Positions 18,771-26,640 of a stretch of 31,292 nucleotides of DNA are shown piece after piece; position 1 is the first letter of the stretch, and every line of letters starts with the position of its first letter. Source of the DNA: Oscillospiraceae bacterium (GTDB taxonomy: Bacteria > Bacillota > Clostridia > Oscillospirales > CAG-272); the NCBI GenBank assembly GCA_015065395.1, contig SVQJ01000001.1, positions 1-31,292 of the forward strand, read 5' to 3'. Below the pieces are notes generated by a model. It was not told the origin of the DNA. It ran no database searches and saw only the letters and a list, made by a program, of their open reading frames with translations. A program made the position numbers and the translations under genes.

Positions 18771-19558
18771 ACGCAAATGAAATCAAGGCTTATTCCAACG
18801 GCAAGAAGAACGGTGTAAAGGTTTTCGTGGCAGGTAGCTACGAGGCTCTTTCCAAGAAGGCAGCATCCATCGTTGCAGGTGCTATCAGCAATAAGCCCAC
18901 ATTTATGCTCGGTCTCGCAACAGGAACATCTCCCCTCGGTCTTTATTCTGAGCTTGCAGAGCTTAACCGCCAGGGCAGAGTTGATTTTGCAAACGTGACC
19001 ACATACAATCTTGATGAGTACTATCCCATCGATCCCGCAAACGATCAGTCCTACCGTTATTTCATGAACAAAAATCTTTTCAATAACGTAAATATCGATA
19101 TGGACAGAACTCACGTTCTTTTCGGACAGGCTCCCGATTGGAAGGCTGAATGCGCTCAGTACGACGCAGAGATCGAGGCTGCAGGCGGAATCGATCTTCA
19201 GGTCCTCGGTATCGGTAATAACGGTCATATCGGCTTCAACGAGCCCGGTAATGACTTTATTTGGGAAACTCACAGAGTTGAGCTCACAGAGAGCACTATC
19301 GAGGCAAACTCCCGTCTCTTCAACAGTGCGGATGAGGTTCCCCGTGCAGCACTTTCCATGGGTATCGGCAATATCATGTGCGCAAAGCAGGTCGTTCTCG
19401 TAGCTAACGGCCCCAAGAAGGCTGAGGCTATCAAGGCAGCTCTTGAGGGCCAGATCACTCCCTGGTGCCAGGCTTCCATCCTCCAGCTCCATCCCGACGT
19501 AACCTTCATCCTTGATGAGGATGCAGCAAGCGCTCTCGAAGAGTACAAGGCTATCTGA
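18767..19558 (+). CDS. nagB: Glucosamine-6-phosphate deaminase
   Basis: LGLATGTSP, LDEY and LGIGNNGHIGFNEP motifs; ATGA overlap with nagA. Confidence 0.96.
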   Translation: MNANEIKAYSNGKKNGVKVFVAGSYEALSKKAASIVAGAISNKPTFMLGLATGTSPLGLYSELAELNRQGRVDFANVTTYNLDEYYPIDPANDQSYRYFMNKNLFNNVNIDMDRTHVLFGQAPDWKAECAQYDAEIEAAGGIDLQVLGIGNNGHIGFNEPGNDFIWETHRVELTESTIEANSRLFNSADEVPRAALSMGIGNIMCAKQVVLVANGPKKAEAIKAALEGQITPWCQASILQLHPDVTFILDEDAASALEEYKAI

Positions 19559-19594
19559 ATTTAACATTTACTGTTACCGAAAGGAATCAAAATA

Positions 19595-20962
19595 ATGATC
19601 AAAGCTATTCTTGACCCCCAGTTCCGCCCCGCGGCAGTGGTTATCGCAGAGTTTAAGAAGGCAGTGGCAGAGGCAGGCGGAAATCCCCTGGTTATCGCTG
19701 TTGAGAGAAACAAGGGCTATGTTTCCACCTTCGCTATCGACGTATTTAAGGACGGCACAGGCCATGACGAAGAAAACTACGAGGTTATCGAGCGCTTGGT
19801 TAAGACTCTTCTCTGGATCTACGGCGGTTATAAGGTAACCATCGCAGGCTCAAAGAAGATCTACGAGGGAATCGCCAATGCTTATTGCAAGGGTGGCGCG
19901 AGAGAGTTTGATGCAGACTTTATGGCTCGCGTTTACGAGGCTCCCTTTGAAGTGCTCTACTGTGAGAATGTTGCAGATGCTCCCAAGGAAAATCAGGCAG
20001 CAGCTCCCGTAGGCCGTCATCTTGACGGTTGCCGTATCGGCTTTGATGCCGGCGGATCCGACAGAAAGGTTTCCGCTGTTATCAACGGTGAGAGCGTATA
20101 CTCCGAGGAGGTTGTATGGTTCCCCAAGCTTCAGTCCGATCCCGATTATCACTATCAGGGCATTCTCGAGGCTATGAAGACCGCGGCAAGCAAGATGCCC
20201 CGCGTTGATGCTATCGGAGTTTCTTCTGCCGGTGTTTATATCGACAATAAGATCATGGTTGCTTCTCTCTTCCTTAAGGTTTCCGATGAGGACTTTGAGA
20301 AGAAGGTAAAGACCATGTATATCGACGTTGCAAAGGAGATCGGTGAGGATATTCCCATCGAGGTTGCAAACGACGGTGACGTTACCGCTCTTGCAGGCGC
20401 TATGGATCTTAACGATAATAAGGTCCTCGGTATCGCTATGGGTACCAGCGAGGCAGCAGGCTACGTTGACGGTAACGGCAACATCACCGGCTGGCTCAAC
20501 GAGCTCGCATTTGTTCCCATCGACTTCTGCAAGGACGCTATCGTTGACCCCTGGGCAGGTGACTACGGCACAGGTGCTATGTACTTCTGCCAGGAGGGCG
20601 TTATCAAGCTTTCTCCCGCAGCAGGCATCGAGCTCGATCCCGCACTTTCTCCCGCTGAAAAGCTCAAGGTCGTTCAGGGCCTTATGGCACAGGGTGACGA
20701 GAGAGCTGCAAAGATCTATGAAACTCTCGGCGTTTACTTCGGCTATTCCATCGCTTATTATGCAATGTTCTATGATATCAAGCATCTTATCATCATGGGC
20801 CGTGCAACCAGCGGCGATGGCGGTACCATCCTTCTTGAGAATGCTAAAAAGGTTCTCGCTGAGGAGTATCCCGAGCTTTCCATCAACCTCTATATTCCCG
20901 ATGAGAAGAGCCGCCGCGTAGGTCAGTCCGTTGCAGCAGCTTCTCTTCCCAAGATCGGCTGA
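19595..20962 (+). CDS. Atypical ROK-family protein, candidate amino-sugar kinase
   Basis: IGFDAGGSDRK, GVSSAG, NDGDVTALAG and GIAMGTSEAAGY ROK/ASKHA motifs; ~140-aa N-terminal extension; directly downstream of nagAB. Confidence 0.75.
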   Translation: MIKAILDPQFRPAAVVIAEFKKAVAEAGGNPLVIAVERNKGYVSTFAIDVFKDGTGHDEENYEVIERLVKTLLWIYGGYKVTIAGSKKIYEGIANAYCKGGAREFDADFMARVYEAPFEVLYCENVADAPKENQAAAPVGRHLDGCRIGFDAGGSDRKVSAVINGESVYSEEVVWFPKLQSDPDYHYQGILEAMKTAASKMPRVDAIGVSSAGVYIDNKIMVASLFLKVSDEDFEKKVKTMYIDVAKEIGEDIPIEVANDGDVTALAGAMDLNDNKVLGIAMGTSEAAGYVDGNGNITGWLNELAFVPIDFCKDAIVDPWAGDYGTGAMYFCQEGVIKLSPAAGIELDPALSPAEKLKVVQGLMAQGDERAAKIYETLGVYFGYSIAYYAMFYDIKHLIIMGRATSGDGGTILLENAKKVLAEEYPELSINLYIPDEKSRRVGQSVAAASLPKIG

Positions 20963-20976
20963 ATTATTTGATAAAT

Positions 20977-21008
20977 AAAATGGCTGTCGCATTAGCGGCA
21001 GCCATTTT
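20977..21008. terminator. Bidirectional terminator between convergent genes
   Basis: AAAATGGCTGTCGC-ATTA-GCGGCAGCCATTTT (one G-U pair), with A and T tracts on both sides, between the ROK and kinase stop codons. Confidence 0.85.
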
Positions 21009-21011
21009 TGT

Positions 21012-23144
21012 TCAGTTGATCACAAGACTTTCTATAATAACGGAGTTTACGGGGAGACCGGTATCGATTCCTTCTTCATCGTATTGCGTTTGAACCGCAA
21101 CAAGTGCTTCAAGAACGTCAAATCCGTCAACTACCGCACCGAATGCGGCATACTTTCCGTCAAAGTCGTATGCACATTCGTCGGAAAGCCATATAAATAT
21201 TCCGGTCGGATCGGAATAAAGAGGGTTCTTGGCTTTGGACATGGCGATAACCCCCTTTGTGTTGGAGAGAGGATTGTAAAAGCCGTTGTCGCTAAACTCT
21301 CCTTCCACCACCGTTGCGGGACCGTTGCCCGTTTTCACTCCGTAGTAATCACCAAATCCCAAATAATAGTCGTCAAAAACGTGGAAAATGGGAAGACCGT
21401 CGTAATACCCACCCTCTGCCAGCTCAACGAAGTAGCTTACGGTTTCGGGAGCAATGTGTGGATAAAGTTCAAGGGTTATGGTTCCGTAATCCTTAACGTT
21501 GATTTGAGCCTCAATGGGATCGGAATAATCTGCCTCGGGCTTTGCAAAAACGGTGAGCTGAGTTACGGTTCTTTTGCCGTTTCTTTGAATCACAACGGAA
21601 ATTGTGTCCCCGATCCTGCACTGTGTAAAGACGTTCAGAAGATCGTCGGCGGTATTAATTGCCGTGGAATTTGCACTTTCAATCTTATCGCCTTTTTTTA
21701 TGTATTTGTCATTGTATCCCTTTATAACGCTCATAATATATACGCCGCGCTGATTGGAATTGTAAAGAGTATAAGCATCTTCGGCTTCAAATAATGCAAA
21801 GCTGATGCCAAGAAAGGGAACACCCGTCTCCTCGGGGGAAGGCCCTTCTGAATCTGCCGTGTCGTCTGTTTGATCTGTTTTATCTGTTTGCTCGTGGCTG
21901 TCGGCGCTTGAGGTATCCTCAGGTGAAGCCGTTTCCCGATCATTTTCTGTGGTTATAACGGTCTTATCATCCGGACCATCATCGTTGCCTTGCGAAAAAT
22001 AATATATAGCAAAGCCGATCCCACATATTAGTGCAATTAACACCAAAATGAGAATAAAGGCAGATCCCTTGTTTCTTTTTTGTCCGCCTGCATTTTCGGT
22101 GTGGATGCTTTGGTCGAATGCTTGGGCAGATACATCCGGGTTAACGGTCACCGTCTGCGTCGAACGGTCTGCAACGGTCATGGTGGCGGATTTGTCCGTT
22201 ATGTCGTCGATCAGTTGCCCGATGCTTTGGTATCTGTCGGCGGCTGCAACAGCTAATCCCTTCATAAGCGCGGTTTCGATCTCAGGCTTGATGGAGATCC
22301 CAAGCTCCGAGGGCCTTTTCAGCGTGTCGTTAAAAATTCGCTCGTTGGATTCAGGGGGAGTGATTCCCGTTATACATTTGTATAGGGTTGCGCAAAGAGC
22401 ATAAATATCAGTCCAGGGCCCCTGCTCACCGTGGGTGCGGTATTGCTCCTCGGGAGCATATCCGGGCTTCAGCATAACGGACAGACTTTTGTTGGCATCA
22501 GCGGAAACATCTCTCGCGGCACCGAAATCAAGCAGCTTAAGCCCCCCAAGAACCAGGCGGATGTTGTCGGGGCTAATGTCTCTGTGTATCAGATCCTGGC
22601 TGTGGATCTTGGAAAGAGTGTACATAAGGGGCAGGAGCAGATCGATGGCGTGATCCGCACTCATAACACCGTTTTGCTTTATGTATTCCTTCAGATCCAT
22701 GCCCTCAAGATATTCCATAACGATGTAAGCGGTGTTGTTAGCCTCGAAAAAGGACTTGACCGAAACAACGCCCCGTTCTCCGGAGAATTTTGCAAGGATC
22801 CTTGCTTCCTTCAAAAATCTTTCTCTGCCTTTTTCAAAGAAGTCCGACCGGTCCTGATTTTTGCTGCAGGTGATGCTTGCGGAGGCGCTGTTGTTGCGGT
22901 TGACATATCCGCCGGGGAAGAATTCCTTGACTGCAACCTTTGTGCCTGAATCAAGCTCCAGACCCATATAGGTAATACCGAACCCGCCTTCACCGAGTGA
23001 GGCGCCTATGAGAATGTTGCCGTTAAGCACGGTCCCGGGCAAAAGATGATATTCGGGAACAGTGATGCTTGTGCTCTTGTGGCAGAAGGGACAGCTCTTG
23101 TCTCCCGGTGCTATCTCGTTCAGACAGTTAAAGCAGTATCTCAT
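21012..23144 (-). CDS. Membrane Ser/Thr protein kinase: Zn-ribbon, Hanks kinase, TM, acidic linker, PDZ, degenerate cyclophilin domain
   Basis: CFNC...CPFC; GEGGFG, VAVKE, HRDISPDN, DFG, GYAPE and DIYA motifs; TM AFILILVLIALICGIGFAIYYF; PDZ PFLGI...GVYI...GDKI...GDTISVVIQRNG; cyclophilin-like GTITLELYPHIAPETV...DGKYAAFG; AGGAGG RBS. Confidence 0.9.
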   Translation of the reverse strand: MRYCFNCLNEIAPGDKSCPFCHKSTSITVPEYHLLPGTVLNGNILIGASLGEGGFGITYMGLELDSGTKVAVKEFFPGGYVNRNNSASASITCSKNQDRSDFFEKGRERFLKEARILAKFSGERGVVSVKSFFEANNTAYIVMEYLEGMDLKEYIKQNGVMSADHAIDLLLPLMYTLSKIHSQDLIHRDISPDNIRLVLGGLKLLDFGAARDVSADANKSLSVMLKPGYAPEEQYRTHGEQGPWTDIYALCATLYKCITGITPPESNERIFNDTLKRPSELGISIKPEIETALMKGLAVAAADRYQSIGQLIDDITDKSATMTVADRSTQTVTVNPDVSAQAFDQSIHTENAGGQKRNKGSAFILILVLIALICGIGFAIYYFSQGNDDGPDDKTVITTENDRETASPEDTSSADSHEQTDKTDQTDDTADSEGPSPEETGVPFLGISFALFEAEDAYTLYNSNQRGVYIMSVIKGYNDKYIKKGDKIESANSTAINTADDLLNVFTQCRIGDTISVVIQRNGKRTVTQLTVFAKPEADYSDPIEAQINVKDYGTITLELYPHIAPETVSYFVELAEGGYYDGLPIFHVFDDYYLGFGDYYGVKTGNGPATVVEGEFSDNGFYNPLSNTKGVIAMSKAKNPLYSDPTGIFIWLSDECAYDFDGKYAAFGAVVDGFDVLEALVAVQTQYDEEGIDTGLPVNSVIIESLVIN

Positions 23145-23197
23145 AAAAATGAAACCTCCTTTTTATATGATACTGATATTCGTATAATATATGATAT

Positions 23198-23225
23198 ATT
23201 ATAACATATAACCGCTGTATTTCAA
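23198..23225 (-). promoter_or_regulatory. Sigma-A-like promoter of the kinase gene
   Basis: On the minus strand: TTGAAA, 16-bp spacer, extended TG-n-TATAAT. Confidence 0.6.
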
Positions 23226-23315
23226 TGAAAAAAGAACATTTTTTTGTCAAAATGTAACATGAAGGGTGGTTATCAAATTTCGGTTTGACGTGGCGGTGAA
23301 GTAAACCTTTTCTTT

Positions 23316-23595
23316 ACGGATGGATATGGATTTTCTCGTTCTTTCCTTGAAAGGAAAGAACCAAAGGAACTTTAAGAAGACAACGATAGTGGAAAGGCAA
23401 AAAGGCCCTAAAAAGAGGGAATAAGGGGAAAATGAGCTCGTTCATTTTCCCCTTATTCCTTCTTTTTAGGTTATGGCACCTTCGGTGCCTCAGCCAAAGC
23501 AGATTTCTGCTTTGGCGACACCTTTTGCCTTGCATGATTCAGCTAAACCAATTTCTTAAAGTTTTTTGCCAAGCTTTTTTTCAAAAAAGCGGCCG
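23316..23595. repeat. Structured intergenic repeat, copy 2 (MITE/REPIN-like)
   Basis: Collinear with 17138-17387, same orientation. Central 29-bp stem at 23407-23470 (one G-U) and extra hairpins at 23475-23516. Confidence 0.9.
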
Positions 23596-23610
23596 TTTTT
23601 TTTATGAATC

Positions 23611-24102
23611 TTATTCAACGATGGTAACGCTTACCATTCTCTGATCTCTCATGGGCTTGTCCTGCATATTTGTGGGAACTGACGCGATCTCGTCAACGGT
23701 CTCGATTCCCTCGATGACCTTACCGAAAGCGGCGTACTGACCGTCAAGGAATGTTGCGTCTGCGTGGCAGATGAAGAACTGGCTGGATGCGCTGTTGTAG
23801 TTCTGGCTTCTTGCCATGGAGATAACGCCTCTCTTGTGGGAAAGAGTGTTGTTAACACCGTTGAGAGCGAACTCACCAACGATATTGTGGCCGCTGCCAC
23901 CGATGCCGATGCCCATGGGGTCGCCGCCCTGGATCATGAAGCCTGCAATAACGCGGTGGAAGATAAGTCCGTCGTAGAAGCCCTCGTTTGCAAGGTTCAC
24001 GAAGTTTTCAACGGTCTTGGGTGCAATTTCGGGATAGAGCTCGAGGGTGATATCGGAGCCGCTTTCCATTTCGATCTTTGCCTTGATAATATTGTTTTCC
24101 AT
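23611..24102 (-). CDS. Cytoplasmic cyclophilin-type peptidyl-prolyl isomerase
   Basis: LELYPEIAPKTVENF, FHRVIAGFMIQGGD, SMAR, SQFFI and LDGQYAAFG motifs; catalytic Arg and Gln intact; no signal peptide. Confidence 0.95.
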   Translation of the reverse strand: MENNIIKAKIEMESGSDITLELYPEIAPKTVENFVNLANEGFYDGLIFHRVIAGFMIQGGDPMGIGIGGSGHNIVGEFALNGVNNTLSHKRGVISMARSQNYNSASSQFFICHADATFLDGQYAAFGKVIEGIETVDEIASVPTNMQDKPMRDQRMVSVTIVE

Positions 24103-24125
24103 AATTTTTCCTCTTCAGATCTTTA

Positions 24126-25343
24126 TTATTTTTTATCGCTTTCGGCACTTTCGCCGATAACCTTAACGTATTCAATGGTAATAGTTTCTGTGGGAACGGA
24201 CTTTTCGGTGCCGTAAACGTTATACTCCACCTCAACGTCACCGATCTCCTCCACAACGTCCATGCCGTCGATAACCTTTCCGAAGGCGGCGTACTTTCCG
24301 TCAAGGCTTGCCTTGTGATCGCCGGAGAGACAGATGAAGAACTGGCTGGATGCGGAGTTTGGTGATGTAGCTCTTGCCATGGAGATAACTCCCTTGTCAT
24401 GGGAAAGGGTATTGTTAAATCCGTTGGTCAAAAACTCGCCCTTGATGTTCTCATCGCTGCCGCCGCTTCCGTTACCCTCGGGGTCGCCGCCCTGGATCAT
24501 GAAGCCCTCAACGACGCGGTGGAAGGTAAGCCCGTCATAAAAGCCCTCGTTTGCAAGGCTTACGAAGTTTTCAACGGTTTCGGGAGCGATTCCGGGGTAA
24601 AGCTCGAGAGTGACAGTGCCAAAGTCCTCGACACTCATCTCGACCAGTACAGGCTCTGCATCGGGATCGGGAGCACTTTCCAGCTCCTTTACGCCTGCCT
24701 TGTTTTCAGTGTCCTCGTATGTGTCGGAAACTCTTATATAGCCGACCTTAATTGTTTCCTTGGGAACGGATTTCTCGGTGCCGTAGGAGTTATAATCAAC
24801 CTCAACCTTTGCTATCTCGTCCACAACGTCCATGCCCTTGATCACCTTACCGAAGGCAGCGTAATTTCCGTCAAGACTTGCTTTGTAATTACCGGAGTCA
24901 CAGATAAAGAACTGGCAGGAGGCAGAATCCATGCTGTGGCTTCCTCTTGCCATGGAGATAACTCCTCTGTCGTGGGATAAGGGATTGTAAACTCCGTTTG
25001 CCGAAAACTCACCCTTGATGTTCTTTCCGCTGTTGCCGGTACCGTTGCCCTCAGGGTCGCCGCCCTGGATCATAAAGCCTTTAACGACTCTGTGGAAGGT
25101 AAGACCGTTGTAGAAATCATCAAGAACGAGACCGACGAAATTTTCAACGGTTATGGGAGCAATATTGTGGTAAAGCTCAAGGGTGATGAGGCCGAAGTCC
25201 TCAACGTACATCTCAACTTCAACGATGTCCTGTATCTCGTCCACGCTCTTGATGGCATCCGGCTTGTCCTTGGGCTTTGAATCACAGGAGAACAGGCAAA
25301 GGACGGTGCAGAGGCATAAAATAACAGAAATAAGTTTTTTCAT
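24126..25343 (-). CDS. Lipoprotein with two tandem cyclophilin PPIase domains
   Basis: MKKLISVILCLCTVLCLFSC lipobox-like signal; two complete domains, each with FHRVVxGFMIQGGD and QFFI. Start 25343 chosen from the signal peptide, RBS and promoter position. Confidence 0.9.
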   Translation of the reverse strand: MKKLISVILCLCTVLCLFSCDSKPKDKPDAIKSVDEIQDIVEVEMYVEDFGLITLELYHNIAPITVENFVGLVLDDFYNGLTFHRVVKGFMIQGGDPEGNGTGNSGKNIKGEFSANGVYNPLSHDRGVISMARGSHSMDSASCQFFICDSGNYKASLDGNYAAFGKVIKGMDVVDEIAKVEVDYNSYGTEKSVPKETIKVGYIRVSDTYEDTENKAGVKELESAPDPDAEPVLVEMSVEDFGTVTLELYPGIAPETVENFVSLANEGFYDGLTFHRVVEGFMIQGGDPEGNGSGGSDENIKGEFLTNGFNNTLSHDKGVISMARATSPNSASSQFFICLSGDHKASLDGKYAAFGKVIDGMDVVEEIGDVEVEYNVYGTEKSVPTETITIEYVKVIGESAESDKK

Positions 25344-25378
25344 ATCAAAGTATATCCTTTCGGTTACATAACAGCTTA

Positions 25379-25407
25379 ATTGTACCAAAATCCACCGATT
25401 AAGTAAA
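25379..25407 (-). promoter_or_regulatory. Sigma-A-like promoter of the cyclophilin genes
   Basis: On the minus strand: TTTACT, 17-bp spacer, extended TG-n-TACAAT. Confidence 0.55.
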
Positions 25408-25490
25408 CAGTTTTTTTGCTTTTCTTTGTTATATTTTTGTAAAAGTCCAATCTATGGGCAATAATCAAAACAGGAAAAGAGGTGAGAAGG

Positions 25491-26555
25491 ATGATAAAAG
25501 AAAAGATAAGAAGCTTTGTTCATTACGGTGTGGCGGCAGGTATCGTTGTAGCGGCGGCATATCTGATCGTGAATTTCGCTCTTCCCATACTGATGCCTTT
25601 CGGCATCGCGTATATTCTGTCGCTAATAATACGTCCCGTTTGTAATTTTCTCTGCAGACGCACGAGGATCCCATGTAAAATATGGGGGATAGTGCTTATA
25701 TGCGTGATAGTTGCCGCGATAGGCTGGACTGTGTGGTTTTTGTGCTCAACCCTTGCAGGCGAGCTTGCCAATGCCCTCAGAAAAGCAGGAGAGCTGATAG
25801 CAGATCCGAAAAGCCCTGTGAGCCGGGGTGCCAAAAAGGCAATGGATATGGTGAAGGATATAAGGGTAGGTGGAAAAGAGATAAGCTTTGATGCAAACGG
25901 AGTTATATCGGATGCGGTTTCTGCATTCAGCCGCTCGATTACTGCCTTTGTGGGAAGATTCGTTTCATCAACACCCTCCTTCTTTTTTTTCATAGCAGTG
26001 CTTATCATTGCGCTGTACTATTTTTCATGCGACAGCTCAAGGGTAAAAGGGGAGCTCAGGAGAATCCTTCCCAAAAAAGCCGCAGATTCCCTGTCCTCAT
26101 GGGTGAGCGTAACGGTAAGGGCTTTGAAAAGATTTGCCAAAGCATATCTTTCTCTCCTTTGCATAACCTTTGCTTGCCTTTCGGTGGGGTTTTGGATCAT
26201 CGGCATCGATTTTCCGATCCTTTGCGCATTTATAACCGCCCTTGTTGATATCCTTCCGATCCTCGGAGTGGGAACCGTGCTTGTGCCATGGGCGACGGTG
26301 CTTTTTTTCATGGGCAGAACGGTGCAGGCACTGTATATGACTGTCCTTTTTTTGCTTGTAACAGCCCTGCGCCAATTTCTTGAACCGAAATTCGTGGGAA
26401 ATGCGGCAGGGGTCCATCCCCTTGTGGCACTTTTTTCGGTGTATATCGGTTATAAGGTGAGCGGCGTGGCGGGGATGCTTCTGGCTCTGGTGGTGCTTAA
26501 TGCGGTGTGCGTGGTCTTGGAAGAAAAAAAGGAAAAAAAGCTTTCCCAAAGTTGA
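25491..26555 (+). CDS. ytvI: AI-2E family membrane protein, YtvI-like
   Basis: Polytopic; ALVDILPILGVGTVLVPW, RQFLEPKFVG and GVHPL motifs. The start could be GTG 25482. Confidence 0.78.
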   Translation: MIKEKIRSFVHYGVAAGIVVAAAYLIVNFALPILMPFGIAYILSLIIRPVCNFLCRRTRIPCKIWGIVLICVIVAAIGWTVWFLCSTLAGELANALRKAGELIADPKSPVSRGAKKAMDMVKDIRVGGKEISFDANGVISDAVSAFSRSITAFVGRFVSSTPSFFFFIAVLIIALYYFSCDSSRVKGELRRILPKKAADSLSSWVSVTVRALKRFAKAYLSLLCITFACLSVGFWIIGIDFPILCAFITALVDILPILGVGTVLVPWATVLFFMGRTVQALYMTVLFLLVTALRQFLEPKFVGNAAGVHPLVALFSVYIGYKVSGVAGMLLALVVLNAVCVVLEEKKEKKLSQS

Positions 26556-26580
26556 CAAAGAGAGAGGAAAGGTTTATAAT
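26552..26580 (+). promoter_or_regulatory. Sigma-A promoter of yicC-remA-gmk-rpoZ
   Basis: TTGACA, 17-bp spacer, TATAAT; the -35 box overlaps the ytvI stop codon. Confidence 0.85.
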
Positions 26581-26640
26581 TGTATATGTATAAATTAAAT
26601 TGGGGCGGTGTGCTCCTATATGTTAATAAGGAAACGATTT

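Noticed and set aside
19850-20992. 380-aa antisense ORF over the ROK gene, with similar long shadow ORFs at 18590-19567, 18045-18776, 2622-3617, 1846-2838 and 7994-8638
   Set aside because: They lie opposite well-supported genes, have no recognisable motifs or RBS, and are expected by-products of strong codon bias on the sense strand.
22555-22590. HRDISPDN (Ser in place of the usual Lys) as a sign of a dead kinase
   Set aside because: The catalytic Asp and Asn, VAVK lysine, alphaC Glu and DFG are all intact, and this variant is common in bacterial Hanks kinases.
23283-23307. Short GGTTT...AAACC hairpin just upstream of repeat copy 2 as a tRNA fragment or riboswitch
   Set aside because: Only a 5-bp stem, with no cloverleaf or recognisable aptamer motifs.
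17138-23595. Repeat pair as a CRISPR array or as the ends of a composite transposon around nagAB-ROK-kinase
   Set aside because: There is no repeat-spacer periodicity and no cas or transposase gene; the copies are long, diverged, direct and independently intergenic; the enclosed genes show host-like codon usage.
23314-23644. Small ORFs (73 aa and 70 aa) inside repeat copy 2
   Set aside because: They are not preserved in copy 1, whose central stem and indel change the frame and sequence; the palindromic DNA explains them.
23764-25371. Several plus-strand ORFs with mutually similar sequences over the cyclophilin genes
   Set aside because: The similarity simply mirrors the repeated cyclophilin domains on the minus strand.
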